64,000 nucleotides of DNA, taken from the NCBI GenBank assembly GCA_937901125.1, contig CALCGT010000059.1, positions 1,154 to 65,153 of the forward strand, in the 5' to 3' direction. Shown here piece after piece: positions 9,423 to 16,966 of this stretch (position 1 is its first letter; each line of letters starts with the position of its first letter). The stretch is from an uncultured Clostridia bacterium. GTDB taxonomy: Bacteria > Bacillota > Clostridia > Lachnospirales > Anaerotignaceae. The position numbers were made by a program, and so were the translations under genes. The notes under the pieces were generated by a model that ran no database searches, was not told the DNA's origin, and saw only the letters and a list, made by a program, of their open reading frames with translations.

Positions 9423-10715
9423 ATGGCATTAGGCGGCGGCACTTTTTTAGTGCAGAACGAGGTATTGCCCGGGGCATACATCAATTTTGTTTCCAGACCA
9501 AGAGCCATGGGCAATCTGGGAGAAAGAGGCGTGGTTTGTGTCGGTATGGAAATGGATTGGGGCAAAGAAGGGATGCTGACAGTGGAAGCGGCAGGCTTCC
9601 GAACAGACAGCAGAGCCCTGTTTGGCTATAATTATCTGGATGAAAAGATGAAGGACATGCGGGAGCTTTTCCTCCATGCAAAAAAGGTACATCTGTATCG
9701 ATTGAACGGCGGGAAAAAGGCGACCGCAACAGAAGGAAACCTGACGGTGACAGCAAAATACAGCGGCGAGAGAGGTAACGATATCTGCATCGCTATTTTA
9801 GAAAATGTAGACGAGGAAGGAAAGTTCGATGTGGAGACTTATCTGGGGACAGAGATGGTGGACAGCCAGACAGCGGCAAACATCGAAGAACTGGAGGAGA
9901 ATGCGTATGTTGCCTTCAAAGGCACGGGCGTATTGACAGCAGTGGCAGGGTTATACCTTACGGGCGGCACCACAGAGGAGGCAGCAGGCAGCGCATATAC
10001 AGAATTTTTGGAAGCGGCAGAGGCAGAGGATTTCAATGTGCTGGCTTACAAAGGCAGTAATGAGACAACAAAGAAGCTGTTTGTGAACTTTACAAAGCGG
10101 ATGAGAGAGGAAGAAGGCGTAAAATTCGTGACGGTGCTGCATGATTATGCGGAGGCAGACCACGAAGGCGTGATTTCTGTTGGTACAGCCAGTGAACTGG
10201 TGTACTGGGTGGCCGGTGCTACAGCAGGGGCTGAGGTGAACGAAAGCCTGACGAATATGGTCTACGATGGGGAATATGAAGTGAACGCAAAGCGGAAAAA
10301 GAGCGAGTACATCAAGGGCATTCAGGCGGGGCAGTTTTTATTCTATGAAGAGGACGGCAAGCTGCGGGTGCTGCGGGACATCAACAGCTTTACCTCCTTT
10401 GAGGTGGCGAAAAACAGCGATTTTTCCGGCAACAGAGTGGTAAGGGTGCTGGACAGCATCGCCAACGATGTGGCGAATATCTTCAGTAAGTATTATCTGG
10501 GGAAACAGAGCAACAATGCCAACGGCAGAAACCTGCTGAAGGCAGAAATTCTGGCATACCATGAAGAACTGATGAAGATTGAAGCCATCGAGAATTTCAC
10601 AGCGGAGGATCTCACTGTGGAAAAAGGCGTGGAAAAACAGGATGTGGTGGTTTATGAAAACGTGCAGCCTGTGGACGCCATGGAAAAGCTGTATATGAAA
10701 GTCGAAGTTGCGTAA
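9423..10715 (+). CDS. contractile tail sheath protein (XkdK-like)
   Basis: The N-terminus MALGGGTFLVQNEVLPGAYINFVS is the characteristic sheath start. 430 aa. Confidence 0.9.
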   Translation: MALGGGTFLVQNEVLPGAYINFVSRPRAMGNLGERGVVCVGMEMDWGKEGMLTVEAAGFRTDSRALFGYNYLDEKMKDMRELFLHAKKVHLYRLNGGKKATATEGNLTVTAKYSGERGNDICIAILENVDEEGKFDVETYLGTEMVDSQTAANIEELEENAYVAFKGTGVLTAVAGLYLTGGTTEEAAGSAYTEFLEAAEAEDFNVLAYKGSNETTKKLFVNFTKRMREEEGVKFVTVLHDYAEADHEGVISVGTASELVYWVAGATAGAEVNESLTNMVYDGEYEVNAKRKKSEYIKGIQAGQFLFYEEDGKLRVLRDINSFTSFEVAKNSDFSGNRVVRVLDSIANDVANIFSKYYLGKQSNNANGRNLLKAEILAYHEELMKIEAIENFTAEDLTVEKGVEKQDVVVYENVQPVDAMEKLYMKVEVA

Positions 10716-10729
10716 AGGAGGTGCGATAG

Positions 10730-11185
10730 ATGGGTTATTTGAGAGCAAAAGACACCGTCAATGGTGCCCTGGGCACCTGCTTTGCCATCATTGACGGGAA
10801 AAGACACGAACTGATGCAGGTGAAAAACATTAAGGCGAAGGTAAAGAAAACCAGAACCACCATCCCTATTTTGGGGCTGACGGCAAAGCAGCAGAAAAGC
10901 GGTGGCTGGGAAGGCACCGGCACCATGACGGTGTATTATGTGAGCAGTCTGTTCCGTAAGGTGATGGTGGACTACATGAAAAATGGTGTGGACACCTACT
11001 TTGAACTGATGCTGACCAATGAAGACCCTACGGGGGAAGCGGGCAGACAGACGGTGCTGCTGAAGGATGTGAACATTGAAGAAATGCTCATTGGCAAGCT
11101 GGATGTGGACGAAGCGGCCATGGATGAGGAAATGAAATTTACCTTTGGCGGCGTGGAACTGCTGGATAGTTTTAACAAGCTGTAA
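10730..11185 (+). CDS. tail tube protein (XkdM-like)
   Basis: 151 aa, immediately after the sheath gene, with an XkdM-like sequence pattern (DTVNGALGTCFAIIDGKRHE...GWEGTGTMTVYY). Confidence 0.85.
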   Translation: MGYLRAKDTVNGALGTCFAIIDGKRHELMQVKNIKAKVKKTRTTIPILGLTAKQQKSGGWEGTGTMTVYYVSSLFRKVMVDYMKNGVDTYFELMLTNEDPTGEAGRQTVLLKDVNIEEMLIGKLDVDEAAMDEEMKFTFGGVELLDSFNKL

Positions 11186-11211
11186 ACCAATTTGGAAAGG
11201 GAGGGGATTTT

Positions 11212-11574
11212 TTGGGACAGGAATGTTTTTATAGAGAAAACCGAAAGGATAGGGGGGAAAGAGAAGTCCTTCTGACGGAAAGGCTGGCGGAAGACGGAGG
11301 GCAGATGCTTTGGCGCATCCGCCCCATGAGCCAGAGAGAAAACGAGGACATCTGGAAAAGATGCGGCGAGGATGAGAAGAGATATGAAGGGACGGTGCTG
11401 GCGGAAAGCGTGGTCTTTCCAGACCTGAAAGATGCGGCACTGCAGAACAGCTATGGCGTAGTCGGGGCAGAACGGTTGCTGGCGAGACTGCTGCTGGCGG
11501 GGGAATACGACCGACTGCGCAGGGCTGTGGAGGAGATCAATGGAGGTGACAGCGGATGTATCGACTGTATTTGA
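11212..11574 (+). CDS. tail assembly chaperone, copy 1 (XkdN-like), without frameshift extension
   Basis: TTG start after GGGAGGGG. It is a paralog of the 13202-13567 ORF: compare AEDGGQMLWRIRPMS...FPDLKDAALQNSYGV...AGEYDRLRRAVEEING with AEDGAEVLWEVRAVS...KPDLQDKELWESYGV...PGEYIRLLEAVKDING. Confidence 0.75.
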   Translation: MGQECFYRENRKDRGEREVLLTERLAEDGGQMLWRIRPMSQRENEDIWKRCGEDEKRYEGTVLAESVVFPDLKDAALQNSYGVVGAERLLARLLLAGEYDRLRRAVEEINGGDSGCIDCI

Positions 11575-12203
11575 AGCAGGACGGAAAACAAATCCTGCTG
11601 CCTGTGACACCTTCCGAGATGGAAACAAAGACAGGGAACCGAAACAAGACGGTTTATATCCTGAACTTTGGGGAGATGAATCTGGCGAAAAAGCCGGGAC
11701 TGCAGGAGATTCGATTCACGGCGCTGCTGCCGGGGAGACAGTACGGCTTTGTACAGGTGGAGGACGGATTCCATGAGCCGGAATATTTCCTGAATTTTTT
11801 TAAGGAATACAAGGCAGCGGCAAAGCCTGTGCAGATGGTTTTATTCCGAAAGCTGGCAGACGGGACACAGCTTTTTTGCGGGAACATGGAAGTGCTGCTG
11901 GAAGATTACACAGTGACGGAAAAAGGCGGCGAACAGGGGGACTTCTGGGTGGAGTTGCACTGGAAGGAATGGAAAGCGGCGAAGAGCATCCGTTACAGTA
12001 TCAAAGGTAATGCTATGGTGGAGCAGGGGCAGGAGAGACAGGCGAAGCAGCCTGCCGTAACCTATACAGTACAGAAGGGGGACTGCCTTTGGAACATTGC
12101 GAAAAAGCAGCTGGGCAATGGGGCAAGGTATAAGGAAATTGCCCAGAAGAATGGCATTGCCAATCCGGATAAGATTTATCCCGGACAGGTTTTGAAGCTG
12201 TAA
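11556..12203 (+). CDS. XkdP-like tail protein with C-terminal LysM
   Basis: C-terminal LysM is YTVQKGDCLWNIAKKQLGNGARYKEIAQKNGIANPDKIYPGQVLKL. RBS is GGAGG. Confidence 0.8.
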   Translation: MYRLYLKQDGKQILLPVTPSEMETKTGNRNKTVYILNFGEMNLAKKPGLQEIRFTALLPGRQYGFVQVEDGFHEPEYFLNFFKEYKAAAKPVQMVLFRKLADGTQLFCGNMEVLLEDYTVTEKGGEQGDFWVELHWKEWKAAKSIRYSIKGNAMVEQGQERQAKQPAVTYTVQKGDCLWNIAKKQLGNGARYKEIAQKNGIANPDKIYPGQVLKL

Positions 12204-12221
12204 CAGAAAGGGGAGAAGGGG

Positions 12222-13199
12222 ATGACGATTAAGCTTTTATTGCAGCACGGCAGCAATCTTTATGATGCTACACCGATTTTGGAGGGGGGCGTGGAATGGT
12301 ACGCCAGCATCAAGGGAAAGGCCGGAAGACTGAAATTTCAGGTAGCCAGAGACGGTATCGTGAATTTTGTGGAGGGGGACAAGGTTTCCCTTTATGTAGA
12401 TACGATCTTGCGGTTTAGCGGATTTGTGATGACGAAGGAGAGAACCAGCGAACAGATCATCAGCGTGACTGCCTATGACCAGATGTTTTATCTGGTAAGG
12501 AACAAAGCGACATATGTGTTCCTGAACAAAGGGGCAGAGGAGATTATCCAGACCATTGCCGCGGATTATGGCTTGCAGGTGGGAGAGATCACCGACAGCG
12601 GCTGGAAGATTCCCCAGCGGATTGAAGAAGGGGAAACGCTGATGGACATTATCCTTTCTGCCTTGGAGATTTGCGGGCAGGCTATGGGGAAGGAATATTT
12701 CCTTTTTGATAAAGCCGGCTGGCTGACGGTGAAGGAGCGAAAGGAACTGGCGGCAGAGGTAGTGCTGAAATGCGATGGCGGCATCAGCGAGTATACATAT
12801 AAGACGGATATCAGCCAGGATACCTATAATGCAGTGCGGCTTTACCATGCGGGACGGAAGGAGACGGAGCGGAAAGCATGGGAAGTGGAACAGGGAGACA
12901 AGGTGAAAAAATGGGGTAGGCTGCAGTATTACAAGCGGGTGCCCTACACCATGAACAGTGGGCAGCTAAAGGAACTGGCGGAAAGTATTCTGAAAGAAAA
13001 ATGCAGAGTGGTGAAGAAGCTGACCATTGAGAACATCAATGGGGATAGGATGCTTTATGCAGGGAACAGTATTTGGCTGGAAATTCCGGGACTGGCGGAG
13101 ATCAGCCTGAAGGGAAGAGTGCTGATCGAAAGCTGTACCCATATTTTCGCCGATGGGGAGCATCGGATGCAGTTGGAGATTCGGATCGAGGAGGAATAA
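12222..13199 (+). CDS. XkdQ-like / late control D-like baseplate hub protein
   Basis: 325 aa, following the LysM protein as in PBSX-type tails. Confidence 0.7.
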   Translation: MTIKLLLQHGSNLYDATPILEGGVEWYASIKGKAGRLKFQVARDGIVNFVEGDKVSLYVDTILRFSGFVMTKERTSEQIISVTAYDQMFYLVRNKATYVFLNKGAEEIIQTIAADYGLQVGEITDSGWKIPQRIEEGETLMDIILSALEICGQAMGKEYFLFDKAGWLTVKERKELAAEVVLKCDGGISEYTYKTDISQDTYNAVRLYHAGRKETERKAWEVEQGDKVKKWGRLQYYKRVPYTMNSGQLKELAESILKEKCRVVKKLTIENINGDRMLYAGNSIWLEIPGLAEISLKGRVLIESCTHIFADGEHRMQLEIRIEEE

Positions 13200-13201
13200 G
13201 G

Positions 13202-13567
13202 ATGGACTTGAAAAGCTTTTTGAAGGAGAATAATGGATTCCCGGAAAACAGGAAAGCACGCATTTCACCCTGCTTTGCAGAGGACGGCGCAGAGGTGCTT
13301 TGGGAGGTTAGAGCAGTCAGCGAGGAAGAATACCGCAGGGCGGCGAAAGGCAAAAAGGACAAATGGGCGGTGTTGTGTCTGCTTTCTGTGGTAAAGCCTG
13401 ATCTGCAGGATAAGGAACTTTGGGAAAGCTATGGTGTGGACAGCGGGGAAAAGGCGTTGAAGGAAATGCTGTATCCCGGAGAATACATACGGCTTTTGGA
13501 AGCGGTGAAAGACATCAACGGCTTTCAGCAGCGGAGAAAGGCTTGGAAGGAACAGGCAAAAAACTGA
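13202..13567 (+). CDS. tail assembly chaperone, copy 2 (gpG-like)
   Basis: ATG 13202 lies just after the XkdQ-like stop. It is a paralog of 11212-11574. It ends with the slippery heptamer A AAA AAC followed by TGA. Confidence 0.8.
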   Translation: MDLKSFLKENNGFPENRKARISPCFAEDGAEVLWEVRAVSEEEYRRAAKGKKDKWAVLCLLSVVKPDLQDKELWESYGVDSGEKALKEMLYPGEYIRLLEAVKDINGFQQRRKAWKEQAKN

Positions 13568-13725
13568 TTGAGGAGGGTGTGGACGAGGCGGATTATGCCT
13601 GCTATGCCCTCCGAAAATACGGGATACGACCCAGAGAATGGGCGGAAATGACTACACCGGAGCGGATGTTTTGCTGTGCTGTCATCGAGCTTGAAATTAA
13701 AGCTGCGGAGAAGGCCAGAGGATAA
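13202..13725 (+). CDS. predicted -1 frameshift fusion of chaperone copy 2 (gpGT-like)
   Basis: The -1 frame is open from the heptamer at 13558-13564 to TAA 13723-13725. It reads ...AKKLIEEGVDEADYACYALRKYGIRPREWAEMTTPERMFCCAVIELEIKAAEKARG. Confidence 0.6.
13558..13564 (+). other. programmed -1 ribosomal frameshift slippery heptamer A_AAA_AAC
   Basis: It has the X_XXY_YYZ pattern in the zero frame (GCA AAA AAC TGA), 1 codon before the chaperone stop. Confidence 0.6.
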
Positions 13726-13740
13726 GAGGTGAGAAGGGGA

Positions 13741-14388
13741 ATGGAAAAGGAAAAGAAAGGGCTGTTCGTGCGCCTGCTGGATTTTTGGAAGGAAAAGCTC
13801 GGGGCAGGCGAGACGAAGGGCATTGGGTTTTGGAATGGTGCGAAGAACTTGGAAAATCCTTTTACTGAGATGGATGATTCTGTTTCTTTGACCCAAAGGG
13901 AGAGGAAAAGGGATTTCTGGGAAGAAAAAGTCGAAACCGTTTTGGAAGAAAAGAAACGGGAAAGCAGTGTTTTAGAACGGGAGAAGAAGCTCTTTTTTGC
14001 GGAAGAGGAGAAAGAACAAAGAGAACCTATGGAGGCTGTGGAAGAAGGGGAAAGAACGGAGAAACAAAAAGGTTCCAAGCTTTTTACGGCGGAGGTTTTT
14101 CGGGAAGAAAGGCAGGCAGAAGCAGAGATAGGCAGAATAGGGCGGGCTTTTCTTTGGGAGATGCTGGAAATGGAAAAAGAGAGACGAAGCATTGTGCCTG
14201 TGAAGGAAGAAGCGAAGCAGGAGAAAATAGCTGTTGCGGAAAGAAAGCAGGAAATGCCAAAAACGGAAATGATGAAACGAGAAGAACCCCAGACGGGGAC
14301 ACCATTTGACATAGAAAAGCTGATGCAGCAGATGACGAAAAAGCTCTGGGAAGAGCGGGAAAGCTGCGGCAGGCGGCTGAGAGGATAA
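13741..14388 (+). CDS. Glu/Lys-rich 215-aa protein in the tape-measure position
   Basis: It directly follows the G/GT chaperone pair. ATG 13741 follows GAGG/AAGGGGA, and GTG 13729 is also in frame. The sequence is highly charged and predicted helical. Confidence 0.45.
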   Translation: MEKEKKGLFVRLLDFWKEKLGAGETKGIGFWNGAKNLENPFTEMDDSVSLTQRERKRDFWEEKVETVLEEKKRESSVLEREKKLFFAEEEKEQREPMEAVEEGERTEKQKGSKLFTAEVFREERQAEAEIGRIGRAFLWEMLEMEKERRSIVPVKEEAKQEKIAVAERKQEMPKTEMMKREEPQTGTPFDIEKLMQQMTKKLWEERESCGRRLRG

Positions 14389-14400
14389 GGGGGAAGGAAG

Positions 14401-14730
14401 ATGCTTGAAATTATCAAACAGCTGGCATTGGATGCGGCAGAAACGGGTGCGGATTTCTGCGTTGGGACGGTGACAGCGACAGAGCCTCTCTGCATCCGAC
14501 TGGAAGAGGGACTGGAATTGACGGAGCCCTTTTTGGTGCTGACAGAGGAAGTGCTGGAATGGGAAGAAACAGGACGCATCCGCACATGGACGGATACGGA
14601 AGGAGACAGATGGTCTTATTACCGAATGAAACGGGACAGAAAGCTGAAGGTTGGCGAGGCTGTAGCACTGCTGCGGGCGGCTGGTGGACAGCAATATTTG
14701 GTGCTGTGCAGAGTAAGAAAGGAGGAATAG
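14401..14730 (+). CDS. XkdR-like baseplate protein (DUF2577-like)
   Basis: 109 aa. The N-terminus MLEIIKQLALDAAETGADFCVGTVTATEPLCIRLEEGLELT fits the DUF2577 pattern. Confidence 0.7.
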   Translation: MLEIIKQLALDAAETGADFCVGTVTATEPLCIRLEEGLELTEPFLVLTEEVLEWEETGRIRTWTDTEGDRWSYYRMKRDRKLKVGEAVALLRAAGGQQYLVLCRVRKEE

Positions 14731-14731
14731 G

Positions 14732-15136
14732 ATGACACCGATACAGGAAGTGAAACTGGACATGATGAGTATCGAGAAAAAGACCATCCCCAGTCTGACC
14801 TGGAAGGTTAACGAGGAGCGGGCAGAGGTGAGGGGAACGGTGGATGGGCTGGAAGCCATGAAACAGGCGATCCATAAAACTTTACAGACGGAACGATACA
14901 GATATGCCATTTACGATTGGAATTACGGCATCGAGTTGGAAGAATTGTATGGGAAGAATGTGACCTATGTGATTCCAGAACTGAAAAAGAGGATCGAAGA
15001 TGCGCTGCTGGCAGATGATCGAGTGACAGCGGTGACGGATTTTTCCTTTCAGCAGGAAAAGGACAGTGTGACGGCAGGATTTCTGGTGCATACTATTTTC
15101 GGTGAGATCACAGCGGAAAGGACGGTGGACATTTGA
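14732..15136 (+). CDS. XkdS-like baseplate wedge protein (DUF2634 / gp25-W-like)
   Basis: VDGLEAMKQAIHKTLQTERYRYAIYDWNYGIELEELYG is the typical DUF2634 core. Confidence 0.8.
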   Translation: MTPIQEVKLDMMSIEKKTIPSLTWKVNEERAEVRGTVDGLEAMKQAIHKTLQTERYRYAIYDWNYGIELEELYGKNVTYVIPELKKRIEDALLADDRVTAVTDFSFQQEKDSVTAGFLVHTIFGEITAERTVDI

Positions 15137-16206
15137 TGGTGAAAAGCTATGAGGAACTGATGGAGCGGAAGCTGGATCAGATTGATGACAAAAGAGACAA
15201 GCGGCAGGGCAGCCTGATCTATGATGCCATGGCACCCAATGCGGCGGAAACGGCCACCTTTTACGCTGATTTGGATATGCTGGAGGGCAGAACATTCGCA
15301 GATACAGCAACGGGGGACGACCTGACCAGACGAGCGGCAGAACGGGGTATCGCTAGAAAGCCTGCGGTAAAGGCGACATTTTACGGACGTTTTTTCAATG
15401 AAGACGGTGAGGAATACCCCGTGGAAGCGGGCATGAGATTTTTTTTGGAGGAATACTATTATGTGGTGCTTTCCAAAGAAGCAGACGGGCGATATGTGCT
15501 GGAATGTGAAACGGCAGGTGCCTGCGGAAATGATTACTTAGGGAATTTGCTGCCTTTGGAAAACATAGACGGATTAGCGGTTGCCATGTTGGAGGAACTG
15601 CGGACGGACGGCGAGGATGAAGAAGGGGACGAGGAACTTCGGAAACGGTATTTTGCCAGCTTTGACGCAGATGCCTTCGGTGGAAACATCTCTGATTACC
15701 AGAGAAAGGTCAGCGCACTGCAGAGCGTTGGTGGGGTAAAGGTATACCCTGCATGGGACGGCGGCGGCACGGTGAAGCTGGTCATCATCGACCAGGGCTG
15801 GCGTTCCCCTACGGAAACGGAACTGGCAGAGCTGCAGAAGGAGATCGACCCGGAAAGCAGAGGTGACGGATATGGGATTGCGCCCATTGGACATCAGGTG
15901 ACGGTGGAAGGAGTTAAGGAAGTGACCTGCAACATTACCATGGGAATTTCTCTGGCGGAAGGAGCGGTGCAGGAGACGGTGCTAGCGGATATCCAAAGCA
16001 GATTTGAGTTATATTTTCAGGAACTGCGGAAAAGCTGGGCAGAAAGCGAATATTTGACGGTACGGATCAGCTATCTGGAATCCAGAGCTTTGGAGGCAGA
16101 TGGCGTAGTGGATATTTCCGATTGCATGGTCAACGGCGCTGGAGGAAATACGGTGCTGGGGGCTGATGAGATCCCTATTTTGGGTGAGATCGGGGTGACA
16201 GCATGA
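15136..16206 (+). CDS. baseplate J-like protein (XkdT-like)
   Basis: DKRQGSLIYDAMAPNAAETATFYADLDML...AERGIARKPAVKA is a baseplate-J family pattern. ATG 15136 overlaps the previous stop (TGATG). TTG 15133 is an alternative start. Confidence 0.85.
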   Translation: MVKSYEELMERKLDQIDDKRDKRQGSLIYDAMAPNAAETATFYADLDMLEGRTFADTATGDDLTRRAAERGIARKPAVKATFYGRFFNEDGEEYPVEAGMRFFLEEYYYVVLSKEADGRYVLECETAGACGNDYLGNLLPLENIDGLAVAMLEELRTDGEDEEGDEELRKRYFASFDADAFGGNISDYQRKVSALQSVGGVKVYPAWDGGGTVKLVIIDQGWRSPTETELAELQKEIDPESRGDGYGIAPIGHQVTVEGVKEVTCNITMGISLAEGAVQETVLADIQSRFELYFQELRKSWAESEYLTVRISYLESRALEADGVVDISDCMVNGAGGNTVLGADEIPILGEIGVTA

Positions 16207-16772
16207 AGGAAAACAGATACAGCGGGTATTTACCCGATACGGTAAAAGAATTACAGGAATTTCAGAAGCTGGCGGAGATTGAGGGGCAAATTCTGGAGGA
16301 AGAAGCGGCAGCAAGAGACAAGGTGGTGAATAACCAATGGATCCTGACGGCGGAAAGAAGCGGGCTGCTGCGGCTGGCGAAGATGATGGGATTTCTGGGG
16401 GCAGAGGTACTGGAAACGGAGGCGCTGCGGAAAGAGATCCTGTATCGTTGGAACAGCCGAGGCCCGTATACCCGGTTTCATTTGCTGGATTGGCTGGATG
16501 GCTGCTGCGGGGAAGGCAAATACACTGCAGAACTGGAACGAGAGAAGTTTTTCCTGCATCTGGTATTGGAGCTGAGCATAAAGGGGAAAAGAGACTTTTT
16601 GCAGAAGCATCTGCGGAAGATCATCCCAGCAAATTTGACCCTGAAAGTAGATTTGAACACGAATACTTACGGGAAGGTGGGCGTGATGACCCACGGGAAG
16701 ATGAAGGAACTGGGCTGGACTTACGGGCAGATTCCTTTTGAAGACCTGACACCTTACCGGACAAAAGAATGA
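16203..16772 (+). CDS. XkdU-like tail protein (DUF2313-like), last gene of cluster
   Basis: ATGA overlap with the previous ORF. The N-terminus YSGYLPDTVKELQEFQKLAEIEGQILEEE fits the DUF2313 pattern. Confidence 0.75.
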   Translation: MKENRYSGYLPDTVKELQEFQKLAEIEGQILEEEAAARDKVVNNQWILTAERSGLLRLAKMMGFLGAEVLETEALRKEILYRWNSRGPYTRFHLLDWLDGCCGEGKYTAELEREKFFLHLVLELSIKGKRDFLQKHLRKIIPANLTLKVDLNTNTYGKVGVMTHGKMKELGWTYGQIPFEDLTPYRTKE

Positions 16773-16777
16773 GAGAA

Positions 16778-16816
16778 AGCCTTAAGCAAAAAAACATTGC
16801 TTGGGGCTTTTTTATT
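16778..16816 (+). terminator. rho-independent terminator closing the phage-like cluster
   Basis: AGCCTTAAGCAA (16778-16789) pairs with TTGCTTGGGGCT (16797-16808, two G-U pairs), then TTTTTTATTT. Confidence 0.75.
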
Positions 16817-16966
16817 TGTAAAAATGGTTTTTTGGAAAAAAATGAGGATGCAGTGAGGCTTGAAGACGAAGCCGATCCATGTGGAAGATACCGGTGGGAA
16901 TTGCCTTGCTCTTCTATTTTGGGGGTGGTATGATAAAAAATGAAGAAAACAAAGGGAGGAAGAAGG

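Larger units (their letters stand above)
3001..16820 (+). mobile_element. PBSX-like head plus contractile-tail gene cluster lacking integrase, replication, lysis and fibre genes (defective prophage or candidate GTA-like element)
   Basis: About 22 co-oriented ORFs with ATGA or overlapping junctions encode regulator, TerS, TerL, portal, scaffold, MCP, connectors, sheath, tube, chaperones and baseplate. The cluster is bounded by terminators at 2959-3000 and 16778-16816 and by housekeeping genes. Confidence 0.8.

Noticed and set aside
11540-11776. ORF 11540-11776 as a frameshift (gpGT-like) extension of chaperone copy 1.
   Set aside because: There is no slippery heptamer at the end of the chaperone. 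The frame lies inside the well-supported XkdP-like gene, and its translation is Gly/Ala/Arg-rich noise.
2990-16850. Possible att-like direct repeats flanking the phage-like cluster: TTTTTTGAAAAAAGG near 2995-3010 and TTTTTTGGAAAAAAATG near 16830-16846.
   Set aside because: Both are low-complexity T/A runs adjacent to terminators, the match is short and needs an indel, and there is no integrase. This is not credible evidence of site-specific integration.
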